DNA from: Candidatus Latescibacterota bacterium
GTDB taxonomy: Bacteria; Latescibacterota; UBA2968; UBA8231
Assembly: GCA_965206595.1 (NCBI GenBank)
Contig: OZ242214.1
Coordinates: 4,032,001 to 4,096,000 of the forward strand
Length of the DNA: 64,000 bases
Reading direction: 5' to 3'
Shown here one piece after another: positions 10,280 to 20,454 of the stretch. Numbering within the stretch: the stretch's first letter is position 1; the number at the start of each line of letters is the position of its first letter. Under the pieces are notes generated by a model. That model was given only the letters and a program-made list of their open reading frames with translations, had not been told where the DNA came from and made no database searches. A program made the translations under genes and the position numbers.

Positions 10280-10687
10280 TCAGTCCTCCCGGCAGGTTGC
10301 CCGCTTCTCCGCCCACTGGATTACAGCCTCGGCGATCTCTATCGCATCCCGGTACGCCTCTTCGGACACAGGCTGGTCAACGCCTGGATAGCGCGTGTCC
10401 ACGGCATAGGGGGTGAGTCCCACAGCGCGACGAATCCTGTCCGGGACATCCTCACCATTCTCTTCAAGCATCGAGAGCAGAAGGGCCAGGTTGTGCACGT
10501 AAGGGAAATCGATGTTGCGCAAGATCATCACGGCCTTGACGGCCTTCTCGGCGGCTTGCTGCGCCTGAAAGCACAGGTCCTCCAAGTAGGCACCGGGGAC
10601 GCGGTTCCCCGCCATCGCGAGATTGCTTCTGGCGCGGTTCAGCCACTCGCGAGGATCATCCGGAGGAAACCGCTCAGGTGGACTCAT
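10280..10687 (-). CDS. HEPN domain protein (MNT-HEPN toxin-antitoxin)
   Basis: WLNRARSNL, CFQAQQAAEKAVKA, HNL and RYPG motifs. Confidence 0.85.
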   Translation of the reverse strand: MSPPERFPPDDPREWLNRARSNLAMAGNRVPGAYLEDLCFQAQQAAEKAVKAVMILRNIDFPYVHNLALLLSMLEENGEDVPDRIRRAVGLTPYAVDTRYPGVDQPVSEEAYRDAIEIAEAVIQWAEKRATCRED

Positions 10688-10985
10688 AGACCACCCTTCC
10701 TTCCTGCAGCGCCGGCTTGATGACCAACGCATGGCTGTCCTTGTAGCGCTCTACGTCCGACGGCGAGACCAGGATCGCATCGACCGCGACCCGAACGCCG
10801 TACAACTTCTCGTAGATCCGGGTCCTGAGATTCGCGTCTCCTCCCTCTTTGATAATGAGAAGATCCACGTCGCTGTTCGGTGTCATGGCGCCCCGGGCAG
10901 CGGACCCGAAGAGGACGATGCGCTCCGGCTGTGCCACCTCCACGACGCGCCGGATGATGTCATCCAGGGTGTCTTGGTCAATCAC
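10674..10985 (-). CDS. Minimal nucleotidyltransferase (MNT antitoxin)
   Basis: LFGSAARG...SDVDLLII motif. Confidence 0.88.
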   Translation of the reverse strand: MIDQDTLDDIIRRVVEVAQPERIVLFGSAARGAMTPNSDVDLLIIKEGGDANLRTRIYEKLYGVRVAVDAILVSPSDVERYKDSHALVIKPALQEGRVVYEST

Positions 10986-10997
10986 TTGGTGCTCGCC

Positions 10998-11570
10998 TCA
11001 TGTGACGCCGGCAGCGGTCCCCAGACGCCCGGCAAGGGCATCGAAATCCTCGGGACACTTCTGCCGAATCGCATCGATCCGGCGCGATGCCTCTTCTCCC
11101 AGAGGCTTGCGGCCACCGCCGGGCGCGTCTGACAAGCCGCGTTCGACGACAAACCGGTCGAAGTACTCCTCCTTGACTTGGATCTCCGCGCGCACCTCCG
11201 CCCAAGTCCAATCATCCGGCAACCTCAGGCCCGCAAGGACCCAGGTCTCGATTTCCTCCCAGGCATTCTCGGCCAGGAAGGCCCGATCGCTGCCGAATTG
11301 CACCTCGAGACGGTCGAGGCTCTGGCGACGATTCGTGTCGCCGTCACGATCAATGATCAGGATGAAGATATCCGTCATTTCCCCATGCTTTCTGACCACC
11401 TCTGCCATGCGTTCCGACTTCAGCGCTTCCCGGAAGCCACCGAGTAGGGGATCACGGCAAACCTCAACCTGCACATGCCGCCTACCAATAGATCGAAAGA
11501 GCCTTGAGAAAAGAGGTTTCAGAATGTACTGATCCTTGCGGAAATCCTCGGGGATGATGAGGACGTTCAC
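10998..11570 (-). CDS. TOPRIM-like partner protein of ABC ATPase
   Basis: GTG start overlaps the ATPase stop (GTGA). LIIPED...IIDRDG...EEIETW acidic pattern. Confidence 0.65.
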   Translation of the reverse strand: MNVLIIPEDFRKDQYILKPLFSRLFRSIGRRHVQVEVCRDPLLGGFREALKSERMAEVVRKHGEMTDIFILIIDRDGDTNRRQSLDRLEVQFGSDRAFLAENAWEEIETWVLAGLRLPDDWTWAEVRAEIQVKEEYFDRFVVERGLSDAPGGGRKPLGEEASRRIDAIRQKCPEDFDALAGRLGTAAGVT

Positions 11571-12874
11571 TCGCCGTCTCCCTCCGCTTCCTCGTAGTTT
11601 TCGGTGAAGGCCAGGGCGGTCTCCATCCAGCCTTCCATAAGCAGCCCTCCCAACCCGCTCCCGGACTTCCGCAGTTGTCTTGCGTTGGGCAGTTCGGCAA
11701 CCAGGCGAATGATGGCATCGTCCGAGTCTTCCAACCGGCAAACGATGGACATGTCCTCGAAGGTGGTGTCGTTGACAAGAGTCAGCAGATCCGGCGCATG
11801 GGTGGTGGTGATCATCTGAACTCCTCCCTTTGCGGCCTGCTTTTCGATCAGTTCCAGCAAGAGCGACTGGCGCGCCGGGTGAATTCCGGTGTCGATCTCC
11901 TCGAAGAAGTACAATCCATTGGACCTCTTGCCGAGCAGCAGGGCCAGCAGGGCGAGGAACCGGAGGGTGCCGTCCGAGGCGCTATAGGCGGATACCGTTC
12001 TCTCGTTGCCCTCCAGGATTTGGAGATGGACTCGACCGCTGGGGTCATGTGGAAATCTTAGATCCCTTACATCCATGGGGGTGAGTTCTCGCAGCCACGC
12101 CGTCAGGACATCCTTACGTTCGGCATCCGAGCAGAGGGCTTTGAGCACCACGGCCAGGTTCTCGCCTGAGTCTCCCAGGACAGTGTGACCAGGAAGGGCC
12201 GGCTCCCGCATGCGCTCCGGGGACAACTCCAGAAAGCGCATGCCGGCGAAGATGGCCATCGTCTGTAGAATGTGTGGATCCAGAAACTCCTTGCTGGGCT
12301 GGGATATCGATATGGGTTCACCCATTGTCTCCACCATAGAGTCGAGTTCCTTTTGGAAGGTAGGATCTCTCTCTCTGATCGATAGGAAGATTCTGTAAAG
12401 CAGGGGATAGCCATCCGCCGGCGTTGGTACGGAAGCAGCTCGATCGGGATTGCTGTTAACGGTGAAAGACCGGTGCTCCTTCGCATATCCCGGCTTGATT
12501 CTTCCGGTAAGTTTCTCTCGTGCAATCCGGAACTCATTGTTCTCTCTTTCGTATCCAACTTCGATCAAATAGCATACGTCTGCGGCCTTCAATTGGATGC
12601 CCACCTCAATTGAGAACCCGGATTGTCCGAACCTGACAATCTCATTCGCTGCTCCCCGGATCGGCTCCCACGCCCGCTGACCGCCGGGGCCGTACTTGCC
12701 GCCGATGATCTCCGCCAGCGTATAGCCCCGGCCGATGCCGTGCAGGAAGCGGAAAGCATCGCGGATATTGCTTTTGCCGCTGGCATTCGCGCCGACGATT
12801 ACGGTGAACGGGCCGACGCGCAGGGTCTCGTCGGCGAAGTTCTTGAAATTCACGAAGCGAATGGATGTAATCAT
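11567..12874 (-). CDS. ABC-type AAA ATPase (AAA_21-like)
   Basis: GANASGKSN, ASDGTLR, FFEEIDTGIHP and ITTTHAP. ATGA overlap with the methyltransferase stop. Confidence 0.9.
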   Translation of the reverse strand: MITSIRFVNFKNFADETLRVGPFTVIVGANASGKSNIRDAFRFLHGIGRGYTLAEIIGGKYGPGGQRAWEPIRGAANEIVRFGQSGFSIEVGIQLKAADVCYLIEVGYERENNEFRIAREKLTGRIKPGYAKEHRSFTVNSNPDRAASVPTPADGYPLLYRIFLSIRERDPTFQKELDSMVETMGEPISISQPSKEFLDPHILQTMAIFAGMRFLELSPERMREPALPGHTVLGDSGENLAVVLKALCSDAERKDVLTAWLRELTPMDVRDLRFPHDPSGRVHLQILEGNERTVSAYSASDGTLRFLALLALLLGKRSNGLYFFEEIDTGIHPARQSLLLELIEKQAAKGGVQMITTTHAPDLLTLVNDTTFEDMSIVCRLEDSDDAIIRLVAELPNARQLRKSGSGLGGLLMEGWMETALAFTENYEEAEGDGE

Positions 12875-15800
12875 CGAACTTCCTCCGGTCTGTGCTCGGC
12901 TCCTCCGAACTGAAGCTGCCTCTGCCGCGGCGCCTGGACGCCGCCGCGGCCGGCCGCGTGGTTGCTCACCGACTCCAGAAGTGAGCGCTCCTCCGAGCCT
13001 TCGTCGGCCAACTCGATCAGGGCCTGGAGGATCTGGTTGAACAAGCGATTACGGGGCAGGCCGCGGGTATCGAGGTAGTCATTCACCTTGACCTGGTCCC
13101 CGGCGCGCCAGAGGTGCATGAGCTTGTGCACCTGGTCGATGAGGGGGGCCGGCCGTCCCCCTTGGCCCTCCAGGCCGAGGTTGCGGCCCTTTCTCCGCTG
13201 CCAGGGCTTCAGCTTCACCTTGGCGCCGCCGCCCGTCTCCTCTGCCTCTTCGGGCGCGTCCTCCTCCTCCTCGACTTCGTCCACGGCTCCCCTCCTGCCC
13301 GGCTGGGTCAGAAGGTCGTGCTGGTTGACCAGGGCGGAGTCGGAGAGGTTGCAGGACAGAGCGTAGAGGATGCAGCCTCCCACGGGAGCTTCCCCCAGAC
13401 CGAAGTCATTTCGGTGGAGCAGGTAGTAGGTGGTGACGTCGTCAAGGCCGGTCTCGGACTCCTGCCCATCTGCCTGCGGTGCCGCGTCATCCTGGATGAG
13501 CACGCGACCGACCACGAAATCGACAACCATGCGCCGCACTTGGCGCAGGAATTCCGACACGGACATCTGCTGGCCCGGGGCGTTCGCCTTCTTGACCACG
13601 GGATACTTGCTGAAGGCTTCGAGGGCCGGGCCGGTGGCGGCCCACACGAAGTCGGGGCCGCGGATGCCGGCGTCCCAGAAATCTCGCAGTTGTTGGGTGA
13701 TGTTCTCGCGCATTTCGTCGAGGACTTTGTTGTCCCAGCCGGGGCGCGTGGCGGACCGCTTCTTGCAGACGATCCATATAGACGACGCCAATGAAGCGCG
13801 GCCATAGTTTCGAACTCCACCTCGCATTTCCGTAGCAATGGGCCAACTTCCGTCTACGACAAATCCTGCTCGAATAATGGCTGAGACTAATGTTTCCCAA
13901 GCATCAGGCTGTTTATTCGCAAAGACGACGATGAGTCGCCCACTGGGCTGTAACGCCTTATGACAGGCTTGGAACGCACGGGCCATGCCGTCTTCGTAGT
14001 TCTGTTTGGACAGCTCTTTGTTGCCACCAAATCTGCTGGCATCGTCAATCAATTCGCCGTCGTGATCGTCTGTGCTCCACTTCGGCCCTAGAGATTTCCG
14101 AAATAATCTGTCGAACTCATCCGAAATACCGAATAATGTCCGTCGCAACCAAATGTAGAAAAAGTCCATTAAATCAGAGTAAGGAATTGCGTCATAGTAT
14201 GGAGGATCGGTGACAACTACATCGTGCTGCTCAGCGGGTATCATCGCACTTTGGCACAGTACCGTTGGCGAAGGGTTGTTTTGGATGGTAGCAGATCCCA
14301 TGGAGTCCAGAACCCTCACAACACTTGAAATCCCGCCAGCGAATAGTCGATCTACAGGGGCAAGGGGATTTCCCTCCGCGAAATCCCAAGTGATTGGCAG
14401 CGCAAACCTCAAGAAGGTTTGTTTGACCTCGGATGCAACAGGCTCCCATATGCAAAGAGAACTCATATAGTTAATCGCACGATCTAATGATGCGGCAAGC
14501 ATTACTACGGCTACTGCAAAAAAATTATCTCCAACTCCATCATCTTGGAGGGATTCGCTTGTCCAAATTTCCCTTGTCGATTTGATGAGGGTACCAATCG
14601 CGAATAGCTGCCGATTCGTGAACAGCTTCCGCCAAGTGTCGAACCCATACAAGGGAACACGAAACCCCAGAGCTTCTTTGCTTGGCAGGGGCTCCTCCGG
14701 CAACCCGAACGGAATATCCTGATAGAGCTTTTGAAGCCGGTCCTCGGTCACCTCCGCCGAGGCCCGCTCGTGGTCCGTGGGCAGGCGGTACTCCTTCCCC
14801 TTCAGCCCATCCACCACCACGGCCGTCATCACCGCATCCAACCGTCCGGCGCGACCTTCCAGACGGATGTCCTCCATGGTCGCGATGGCGCCGCAGCAGG
14901 GGCAGGCAGCGCCGGTGCGCGACATGGTGCCCGCGCCGAGACGCCGGTCGTGTTCGCGCCGCTGGGCCCCGTTGCCGCCGTTCTGCGGCACCTCGCTCTG
15001 CACACCGAAGACGACGCCGGATTGGTCGGCCTTGGGCTCCATGGTCAACAGCACTCGCTTCCGGTCCTTCCTGCACAGCCAGCGGGTCTTCAGCAGGGGC
15101 AGCTCGGCCCGGCACTGCTTGCAGGCCACGGTGCGCGCCCAGAGATAAGCCACCGCCGACTTGGCGACCCAGCGCGGGTTGTGCTGGTTCTTCAGATAGT
15201 CCTCGTCGAATTCGGCGTTGAGGGGATCGACCTGGGGCGCGCCCGCGTCGTCGACCTCCAGCAGCCGCATGCGCCGGGGCTCGAAGTCCCCGCCCGGCTT
15301 CAGCGCCTCGAACTCGGCATAGGTCGGGTAGCAGGAGGCCAGCTCCTTGCGCGCCCTCGCTAGCACCCACCGGCCCCAGGCGCGCACATGCCAGGCGAGG
15401 TCCGCACTGTCAATCCGGTCACCACCGGGAAGAGCGTCGAGCTGAACGCCGCTGCCGTCGCCGTGTCCCAGGCGGTCAAGAAAACTCCGCAGCCGGGCGC
15501 CCTTGAAACCCTTGGCCTTCAGGAAGGCCTCCATGAACTCCCGGTCCTCCAACGCGAACCCGGGCAGCGGCCGGGTCTGGCCGGCGAGCTTCTGCGGGTA
15601 CTCGAGGGTGCACTTGAGGATGAACCAGGCCACCGGGTTGATGTCCATGGCCGTCACCTCGCACCCGAGACGCATGGCTTCGAGCGGAATCGCGCCGCCG
15701 CCCGCGAAGGGGTCGAGGACCTTTGGCGCCCTGCCGCCGTAGGCCTTGCGGATCTCAGCGCGGAACCACTCCAGGTCCGGGCCTTTCTCCCGGCCCCAGT

Positions 15801-16116
15801 GGAGGATGCCGCCGTCTGTCTCCTCCCTCACACGCTCGACCACGCGGCCGTTCACGCGCTTGCGCTCGGTCCTCTCGATGACCCGCCCTGCCATCCGTTC
15901 AAGGACCGCCTTGCGCTCCTCGGGATTGCCCGGGTCGGGCAGAAGGGTCGCGATCAGGGCCGCCCGGCAGGCGGCCAGCGGCCTGCGCGCGGGCCAGATG
16001 TGGAGGGTGGAGATGTGGCCGTGACGCACGTTCTTCTCGTGCACGGAGTCGAGAGAGACCTGCTTCAGCGGGAAGGCGACTTCGATGAGGCGTTTATCAA
16101 CCACTTGTTCACTCAT
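12871..16116 (-). CDS. DUF1156 adenine DNA methyltransferase (Zn-ribbon containing)
   Basis: KRLIEVAFP, LHIWPARRPL, LDPFAGGGAIPLEA (SAM binding), CKQC/CPCC and TDPPYYD catalytic motif. Confidence 0.92.
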   Translation of the reverse strand: MSEQVVDKRLIEVAFPLKQVSLDSVHEKNVRHGHISTLHIWPARRPLAACRAALIATLLPDPGNPEERKAVLERMAGRVIERTERKRVNGRVVERVREETDGGILHWGREKGPDLEWFRAEIRKAYGGRAPKVLDPFAGGGAIPLEAMRLGCEVTAMDINPVAWFILKCTLEYPQKLAGQTRPLPGFALEDREFMEAFLKAKGFKGARLRSFLDRLGHGDGSGVQLDALPGGDRIDSADLAWHVRAWGRWVLARARKELASCYPTYAEFEALKPGGDFEPRRMRLLEVDDAGAPQVDPLNAEFDEDYLKNQHNPRWVAKSAVAYLWARTVACKQCRAELPLLKTRWLCRKDRKRVLLTMEPKADQSGVVFGVQSEVPQNGGNGAQRREHDRRLGAGTMSRTGAACPCCGAIATMEDIRLEGRAGRLDAVMTAVVVDGLKGKEYRLPTDHERASAEVTEDRLQKLYQDIPFGLPEEPLPSKEALGFRVPLYGFDTWRKLFTNRQLFAIGTLIKSTREIWTSESLQDDGVGDNFFAVAVVMLAASLDRAINYMSSLCIWEPVASEVKQTFLRFALPITWDFAEGNPLAPVDRLFAGGISSVVRVLDSMGSATIQNNPSPTVLCQSAMIPAEQHDVVVTDPPYYDAIPYSDLMDFFYIWLRRTLFGISDEFDRLFRKSLGPKWSTDDHDGELIDDASRFGGNKELSKQNYEDGMARAFQACHKALQPSGRLIVVFANKQPDAWETLVSAIIRAGFVVDGSWPIATEMRGGVRNYGRASLASSIWIVCKKRSATRPGWDNKVLDEMRENITQQLRDFWDAGIRGPDFVWAATGPALEAFSKYPVVKKANAPGQQMSVSEFLRQVRRMVVDFVVGRVLIQDDAAPQADGQESETGLDDVTTYYLLHRNDFGLGEAPVGGCILYALSCNLSDSALVNQHDLLTQPGRRGAVDEVEEEEDAPEEAEETGGGAKVKLKPWQRRKGRNLGLEGQGGRPAPLIDQVHKLMHLWRAGDQVKVNDYLDTRGLPRNRLFNQILQALIELADEGSEERSLLESVSNHAAGRGGVQAPRQRQLQFGGAEHRPEEVR

Positions 16117-16135
16117 GCAGCTGCTCGTCGCCCGT

Positions 16136-17641
16136 TCAGATGTAGAATCGAAAGGTGGGTTGCCGGTTAGTAACGGTCGGATTGCTCACAAGTATCTCTC
16201 CCACTGCATCAGAGAACTTCACAGTAACCGGCTGGGTGTCGCCAGCATTACAGGCGTTGTAATTGAGCTTCGTCAGACCGAGAATATCCCGAGCCACATC
16301 AACAATATCCGCCTCTCCATGCTGAATATCGATCTGGAGAGGCACCGGCGTTTCCCATCCATCGTAGGTTCCGAGACGCGGTTTGAACCCGGACCCGAAC
16401 AAATATCCCCGAGTTCCTGAATGCCTCCACAAGGTGCCGCGAAGCACCGGCCACGGTCTGTCCGGCCGGTACAGTCGCGGACCATCGTGCCAAGGACGCA
16501 CGCGAATGCCGACGACCTTCAGTCCCTTCGGGGCAGCAGACCTGTATCCTTTGAATTCCTCCGCACTGATGTCAGATCTCGAGTGGAGAAAGACTTCGGT
16601 CAAGCTCTTCCCATGTAGCTGAGTATATGTATCAAGTGCGCCCTTCAGTAGATCGTGTGCCGCTTTGGCTGTAAGACGAAACTGCTTCTCTATTGGAGAA
16701 TACCAGGGTCCATAGTTCCCCAAGAATACCACCCCATCCCCATCGTCAAGGAACATTTGGGCGGCACACGCGGCACTCTTCGGCCCGTCCCTGGCATCGG
16801 TCCTACGGAACGCAAGCCCGACATAGCACACGCCTTCTCTGGCAGTAGCCAGCTTCCATGGCTTCCCACCTCCCTTGTAGTACATCGTGGTCGACAAATT
16901 CCACATGCGATCTGACAACGGAGTCAGCTGCCGTGCCCCAAAAGGATTCTCGTCGTTGAGTCTCAAAGCCGATTCACGCACGATTTGAATCGGAACCCCA
17001 TAAACCATCGTCCGTGCTTTGATCTGCCTCCGGAAATCCAGCGACAGTTCGTACTGCTCTGGCGGGAACCTCGAAAAAGCATCGAGCTGACCCCTCCTAC
17101 GCGACTCTCGTCTCCTCTTGGAAATGACCTCCCCGGTCGGCTGTAGCACACGAGACATCGTCCGGCAAGTTTGATGTATTTCGTCAGGCACCACGCAGAC
17201 CATGAGGCTTACATGCTCCTCAATCTTCTGCAAATGCTCAAACGTCGAGAGGTACTGGTTCACGGCGGCAAAAACCCGCTCGTGGGGATCATGGCGATTA
17301 GCCACATCACTCAGTTTGTGGCTATCGAGTGCCTGTTGCCAAACAGGTTCGGTTCGCCAATCACACGAGAAGGCTGCCTCAAAGCCCGGGTACGGTGGCC
17401 ACAAGCGATGGCGGTCATCCGGGGCATCTGTCCATGGGCGGTGCATCGCACTCGACCACGCGGAAAACAGCTCCATACCTGCATGTGTGCCAACCACACC
17501 GTAGGATAGAGCTGCTGGATGACCGGGAGCGTCCGCGTCGTACGGGCCGAACAGAGACAGCCCATCACGCGGATGGGCGACCGCTTGACCGTACCGGAAT
17601 TCCAGTGCTGGCTCGTCCAGAATCACTATCTCCCTCAACAT
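16136..17641 (-). CDS. ago: Short prokaryotic Argonaute (MID-PIWI)
   Basis: 501 aa from ATG 17641: EPALEF...PRDGLSLFGP, YYKGGGKPWKL, CYVGLAF, FLHSRS, LGLTKLNYNAC...PVTVKFSDAVGEIL...FRFYI. No PAZ domain. Confidence 0.92.
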   Translation of the reverse strand: MLREIVILDEPALEFRYGQAVAHPRDGLSLFGPYDADAPGHPAALSYGVVGTHAGMELFSAWSSAMHRPWTDAPDDRHRLWPPYPGFEAAFSCDWRTEPVWQQALDSHKLSDVANRHDPHERVFAAVNQYLSTFEHLQKIEEHVSLMVCVVPDEIHQTCRTMSRVLQPTGEVISKRRRESRRRGQLDAFSRFPPEQYELSLDFRRQIKARTMVYGVPIQIVRESALRLNDENPFGARQLTPLSDRMWNLSTTMYYKGGGKPWKLATAREGVCYVGLAFRRTDARDGPKSAACAAQMFLDDGDGVVFLGNYGPWYSPIEKQFRLTAKAAHDLLKGALDTYTQLHGKSLTEVFLHSRSDISAEEFKGYRSAAPKGLKVVGIRVRPWHDGPRLYRPDRPWPVLRGTLWRHSGTRGYLFGSGFKPRLGTYDGWETPVPLQIDIQHGEADIVDVARDILGLTKLNYNACNAGDTQPVTVKFSDAVGEILVSNPTVTNRQPTFRFYI

Positions 17642-17651
17642 CGGCACCCTA

Positions 17652-19052
17652 CTAATCTGCCTTGGCATCCTCGACCTCCGCGTCGTCCTCCCAATACCAC
17701 GCGGTGTACGCCTCATCGGGCTCGTCCACCAAATCGTCGTGGATACGAAGGGGAGCTTTCGAAACAATCGGCATGGCGCTGATGACGAGTTGCTGCTCTC
17801 CCTCCGGCCCGAAGCGGATATACAAATCCTCATCCGCCAGTAGCTGCGCTATACCGAGGGTTCTTGCGGCCCACTCTCTGTTGAACCATGTCTTGCATAG
17901 ATGTTTGCGGCGAGAGAGGATTCTCTGCTTCGTGAGCAGTGTGCCACTCGCATCTGTAAGGTAGACGCGATTCCTGAGCAACAGGACGAATGGGTCGATT
18001 GTGTCCGTCAGTACCGAAAACGATGGACTCAAGTGGTATCGGTATACCTCTCCCCCATCCCTGGTAGGATAGGTACGCTCCCCGACTCCGCTGAACCAGC
18101 TCCTCTTTCCATCGGGGAAGGTGAATGACACGCGGTCGTTACCTAAGAATCCCCGTGGGAGATACCACTGGCCCGTTTTCCTCGTGTTCCTCCTGTTCCT
18201 CCTCCCTCCCTCACGTCCGGGCTCCGCGGTGACGGAGTATTCCATTCCCGCATCCCTCAGAAGGGAGTCCAGACATCTATGAATCAGGCTAACCACCAGG
18301 TCACGCGTGTCAATTCCATCCACCTCCGCTGTGTCCTGCCAGGGAACTCTTCCCACACACTGAAATCGAGTACGTGCGCTCACGGCAGAAGGTGGGTCCT
18401 CAAACGCGAGTACACGGCGGCCGAACACATCCCGACAGGCCCACTCTCTCCGCAATGCGCGACGCTCGCCCCTGGAGAGATTGCTCTCAGCCTCGTACTT
18501 GTGAATGTATCGCGGCGTTTGCACAACCTCGAAGCAGTTGCTAATCAACTCCTCGGGTTCCTCGTCGACGGCGCTCGTTCCAACGATTGAGGCTATAGCA
18601 ACGCGGCGGCCGTTATCCAACACTCGTGGCGCACCGACTGACTGGAGTTTCTTGAGCAGGGCAGTGAGCCCCTCAGCCCAACTGGGGCAGAAGGGGATAT
18701 AGTTGATGGGTTGAAGATTCCAAGTGATTTGGTCCGGGCGGAGTCCTTCGGTATTCAGCGGGATTACAAAGTCCTCAATGCCCAACTGGCTTCCAATCGC
18801 GGTGCCCTTCAGCCACTCTCCCTGCGGATTCGGCTTTTTCATCGATGCCTGCGATAGAAGTGCAAGCATACGGAAAGTGCGTTGATTGATCGCTTCATCG
18901 ATGTCCGAAGGCCAGTTCTCCCCACCAAGTAGCTTCAGGCGATCGTACCATACAGCGTACCCTTCGGCGGCAAGTCGTCGGGCAAGCCAGTCGCACAGTG
19001 CCGACTGCTCGGTCGCGTAACTGATGAAGATGTGATCGCGTTCTTGTTTCAT
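17652..19052 (-). CDS. TIR-APAZ protein (SPARTA effector, putative NADase)
   Basis: N-terminal TIR (IFISYA...LAAEGYAVWYD...GGE.W...GEW), a C-terminal APAZ-like region (SRRKHLCKTWFNREW), and position directly upstream of the short pAgo. Confidence 0.88.
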   Translation of the reverse strand: MKQERDHIFISYATEQSALCDWLARRLAAEGYAVWYDRLKLLGGENWPSDIDEAINQRTFRMLALLSQASMKKPNPQGEWLKGTAIGSQLGIEDFVIPLNTEGLRPDQITWNLQPINYIPFCPSWAEGLTALLKKLQSVGAPRVLDNGRRVAIASIVGTSAVDEEPEELISNCFEVVQTPRYIHKYEAESNLSRGERRALRREWACRDVFGRRVLAFEDPPSAVSARTRFQCVGRVPWQDTAEVDGIDTRDLVVSLIHRCLDSLLRDAGMEYSVTAEPGREGGRRNRRNTRKTGQWYLPRGFLGNDRVSFTFPDGKRSWFSGVGERTYPTRDGGEVYRYHLSPSFSVLTDTIDPFVLLLRNRVYLTDASGTLLTKQRILSRRKHLCKTWFNREWAARTLGIAQLLADEDLYIRFGPEGEQQLVISAMPIVSKAPLRIHDDLVDEPDEAYTAWYWEDDAEVEDAKAD

Positions 19053-19077
19053 ATCAGTCCCGCCAGCACCCCCACAG

Positions 19078-19449
19078 TCAAGCCAAGGCCTCAATCCTCA
19101 CCTCGCCACGCGCCACCACTTCCACTCTCAGGCTGTGCCTCTTGAGCAATCCCATTCCTACGAGGGGAGTAGTATCGGCCGCAGCCACTTCCACCGGCCG
19201 GTCCTGCCCGTTCCACAACACTGTCCCAATGTACTCGTCGAATACATGTAGACTGCCGTCGGCGATTAGTGCCTGACCACGACCTTTCCAGGACAGATCC
19301 AGCCTGCGGATCAAGGCTGTTGGAAGGGTGAGATAGCCAGTGAAGCCGGTATCGATGATGGCCTCGACTTCCCGTCCCTCCCTGTCAACGCCGAGAAGGG
19401 TAAGGCGGATGGTTGCCTCCAGATTCTCGTTTACTGCACCCTCAATCAT
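19078..19449 (-). CDS. Clan AA (retropepsin-like) aspartic protease
   Basis: AIIDTGFTG catalytic motif and LVGM.LL C-terminal motif. Confidence 0.85.
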   Translation of the reverse strand: MIEGAVNENLEATIRLTLLGVDREGREVEAIIDTGFTGYLTLPTALIRRLDLSWKGRGQALIADGSLHVFDEYIGTVLWNGQDRPVEVAAADTTPLVGMGLLKRHSLRVEVVARGEVRIEALA

Positions 19450-19718
19450 GTCAGGCCACTGGCATGTGATGCGCCGAGCCGGTGTAGCGCACGGTGGCCG
19501 ATGCGGATCAACCAGGGCTGTGCATCGGGACAACGCGCAAACAGTTGGTCGGAGGCGGCAAGGGGATCGTCCCCCACCTCGAACTCGCCGGTCTCAATGT
19601 CAATCGCCACGATCCGTCCGCTGTTGCCCTCTTCCACCTGCGGCCTCACTCGTTGCTCGTAGATCTCCTGACCAAGCCGGGCGAACTCCTCTTTGCTATG
19701 GCGCGGCTGTCGTTCCAT
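19446..19718 (-). CDS. Small hypothetical protein (DUF5678-like) coupled to the aspartic protease
   Basis: GQEIYEQRVRP...GRIVAIDIETGEFEV; AAGGAG RBS; ATGA overlap with the protease gene. Confidence 0.7.
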   Translation of the reverse strand: MERQPRHSKEEFARLGQEIYEQRVRPQVEEGNSGRIVAIDIETGEFEVGDDPLAASDQLFARCPDAQPWLIRIGHRALHRLGASHASGLT

Positions 19719-19732
19719 GCTGTTCTCCTTTC

Positions 19733-20373
19733 TCAGATCTCGATCTCCGCCGCAGACTCTTGAGCCGAGCGGCCGGCGACGGATGCGTGCAGACACTGGA
19801 AGTCAGTCTCGTTCCTTCCCCGAGGGCCTGACCCCAAGGAAGCCGGATCGATGCGAGTCTGGCCGTTCAGCCGGCGAACCGCGAACAGCGACTCGTCCTC
19901 CAGCGGATCAGGCAGGATCGGGGAGTGCGTGGTGATGATATGCTGGATCTGGTTCAGGCTCTCTTGGGTCCTCAATAACTCCGCGATCAACTCGATCCGC
20001 CGCGGGTGGACTTCATCCTCCGGTTCCTCGATCCCTACCAGGGCCGGACCCTGGTCCACTCCTGACAGCGCCAGGAGACCAAGCATCCTGAGAGAGCCCT
20101 CCGACAGGACGCGGGCCGGAATGGCTATATCGCCTTCCTTGAGGCGGAGCTCGACCTCGCCGACATCGCTGACCTCCACCTCGATTCCATCGATGTTGGG
20201 CATCAGCGCTCCTTCAACGTGCGGCTCGTCCCCAGCTTGGAGAGCAGTTGCAGGGCATCCAGCAGATTGCTCTTGCCTGCGGCGTTCGGCCCGACGAGGA
20301 CGACGAGGGGGGAGAGGGTTACTTCGACGTCCTTCAGAGACTTGAATCCCCGGATATGGATTCGTCTCAGCAT
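19733..20373 (-). pseudogene. Internally deleted ABC/AAA_21 ATPase
   Basis: N-terminus (GFKSL, GPNAAGKSN) joined out of frame near 20210 to the C-terminal half (LSEGSLR, IEEPE..HP, ITTHSP). Confidence 0.8.
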
Positions 20374-20454
20374 GGTGGGCTCTCCAGCGCCTTCCACGCC
20401 GGCTTCCGGCCTTCATCATGGCACGGCCTCATCAATCGACAACGCAACAGAGGT

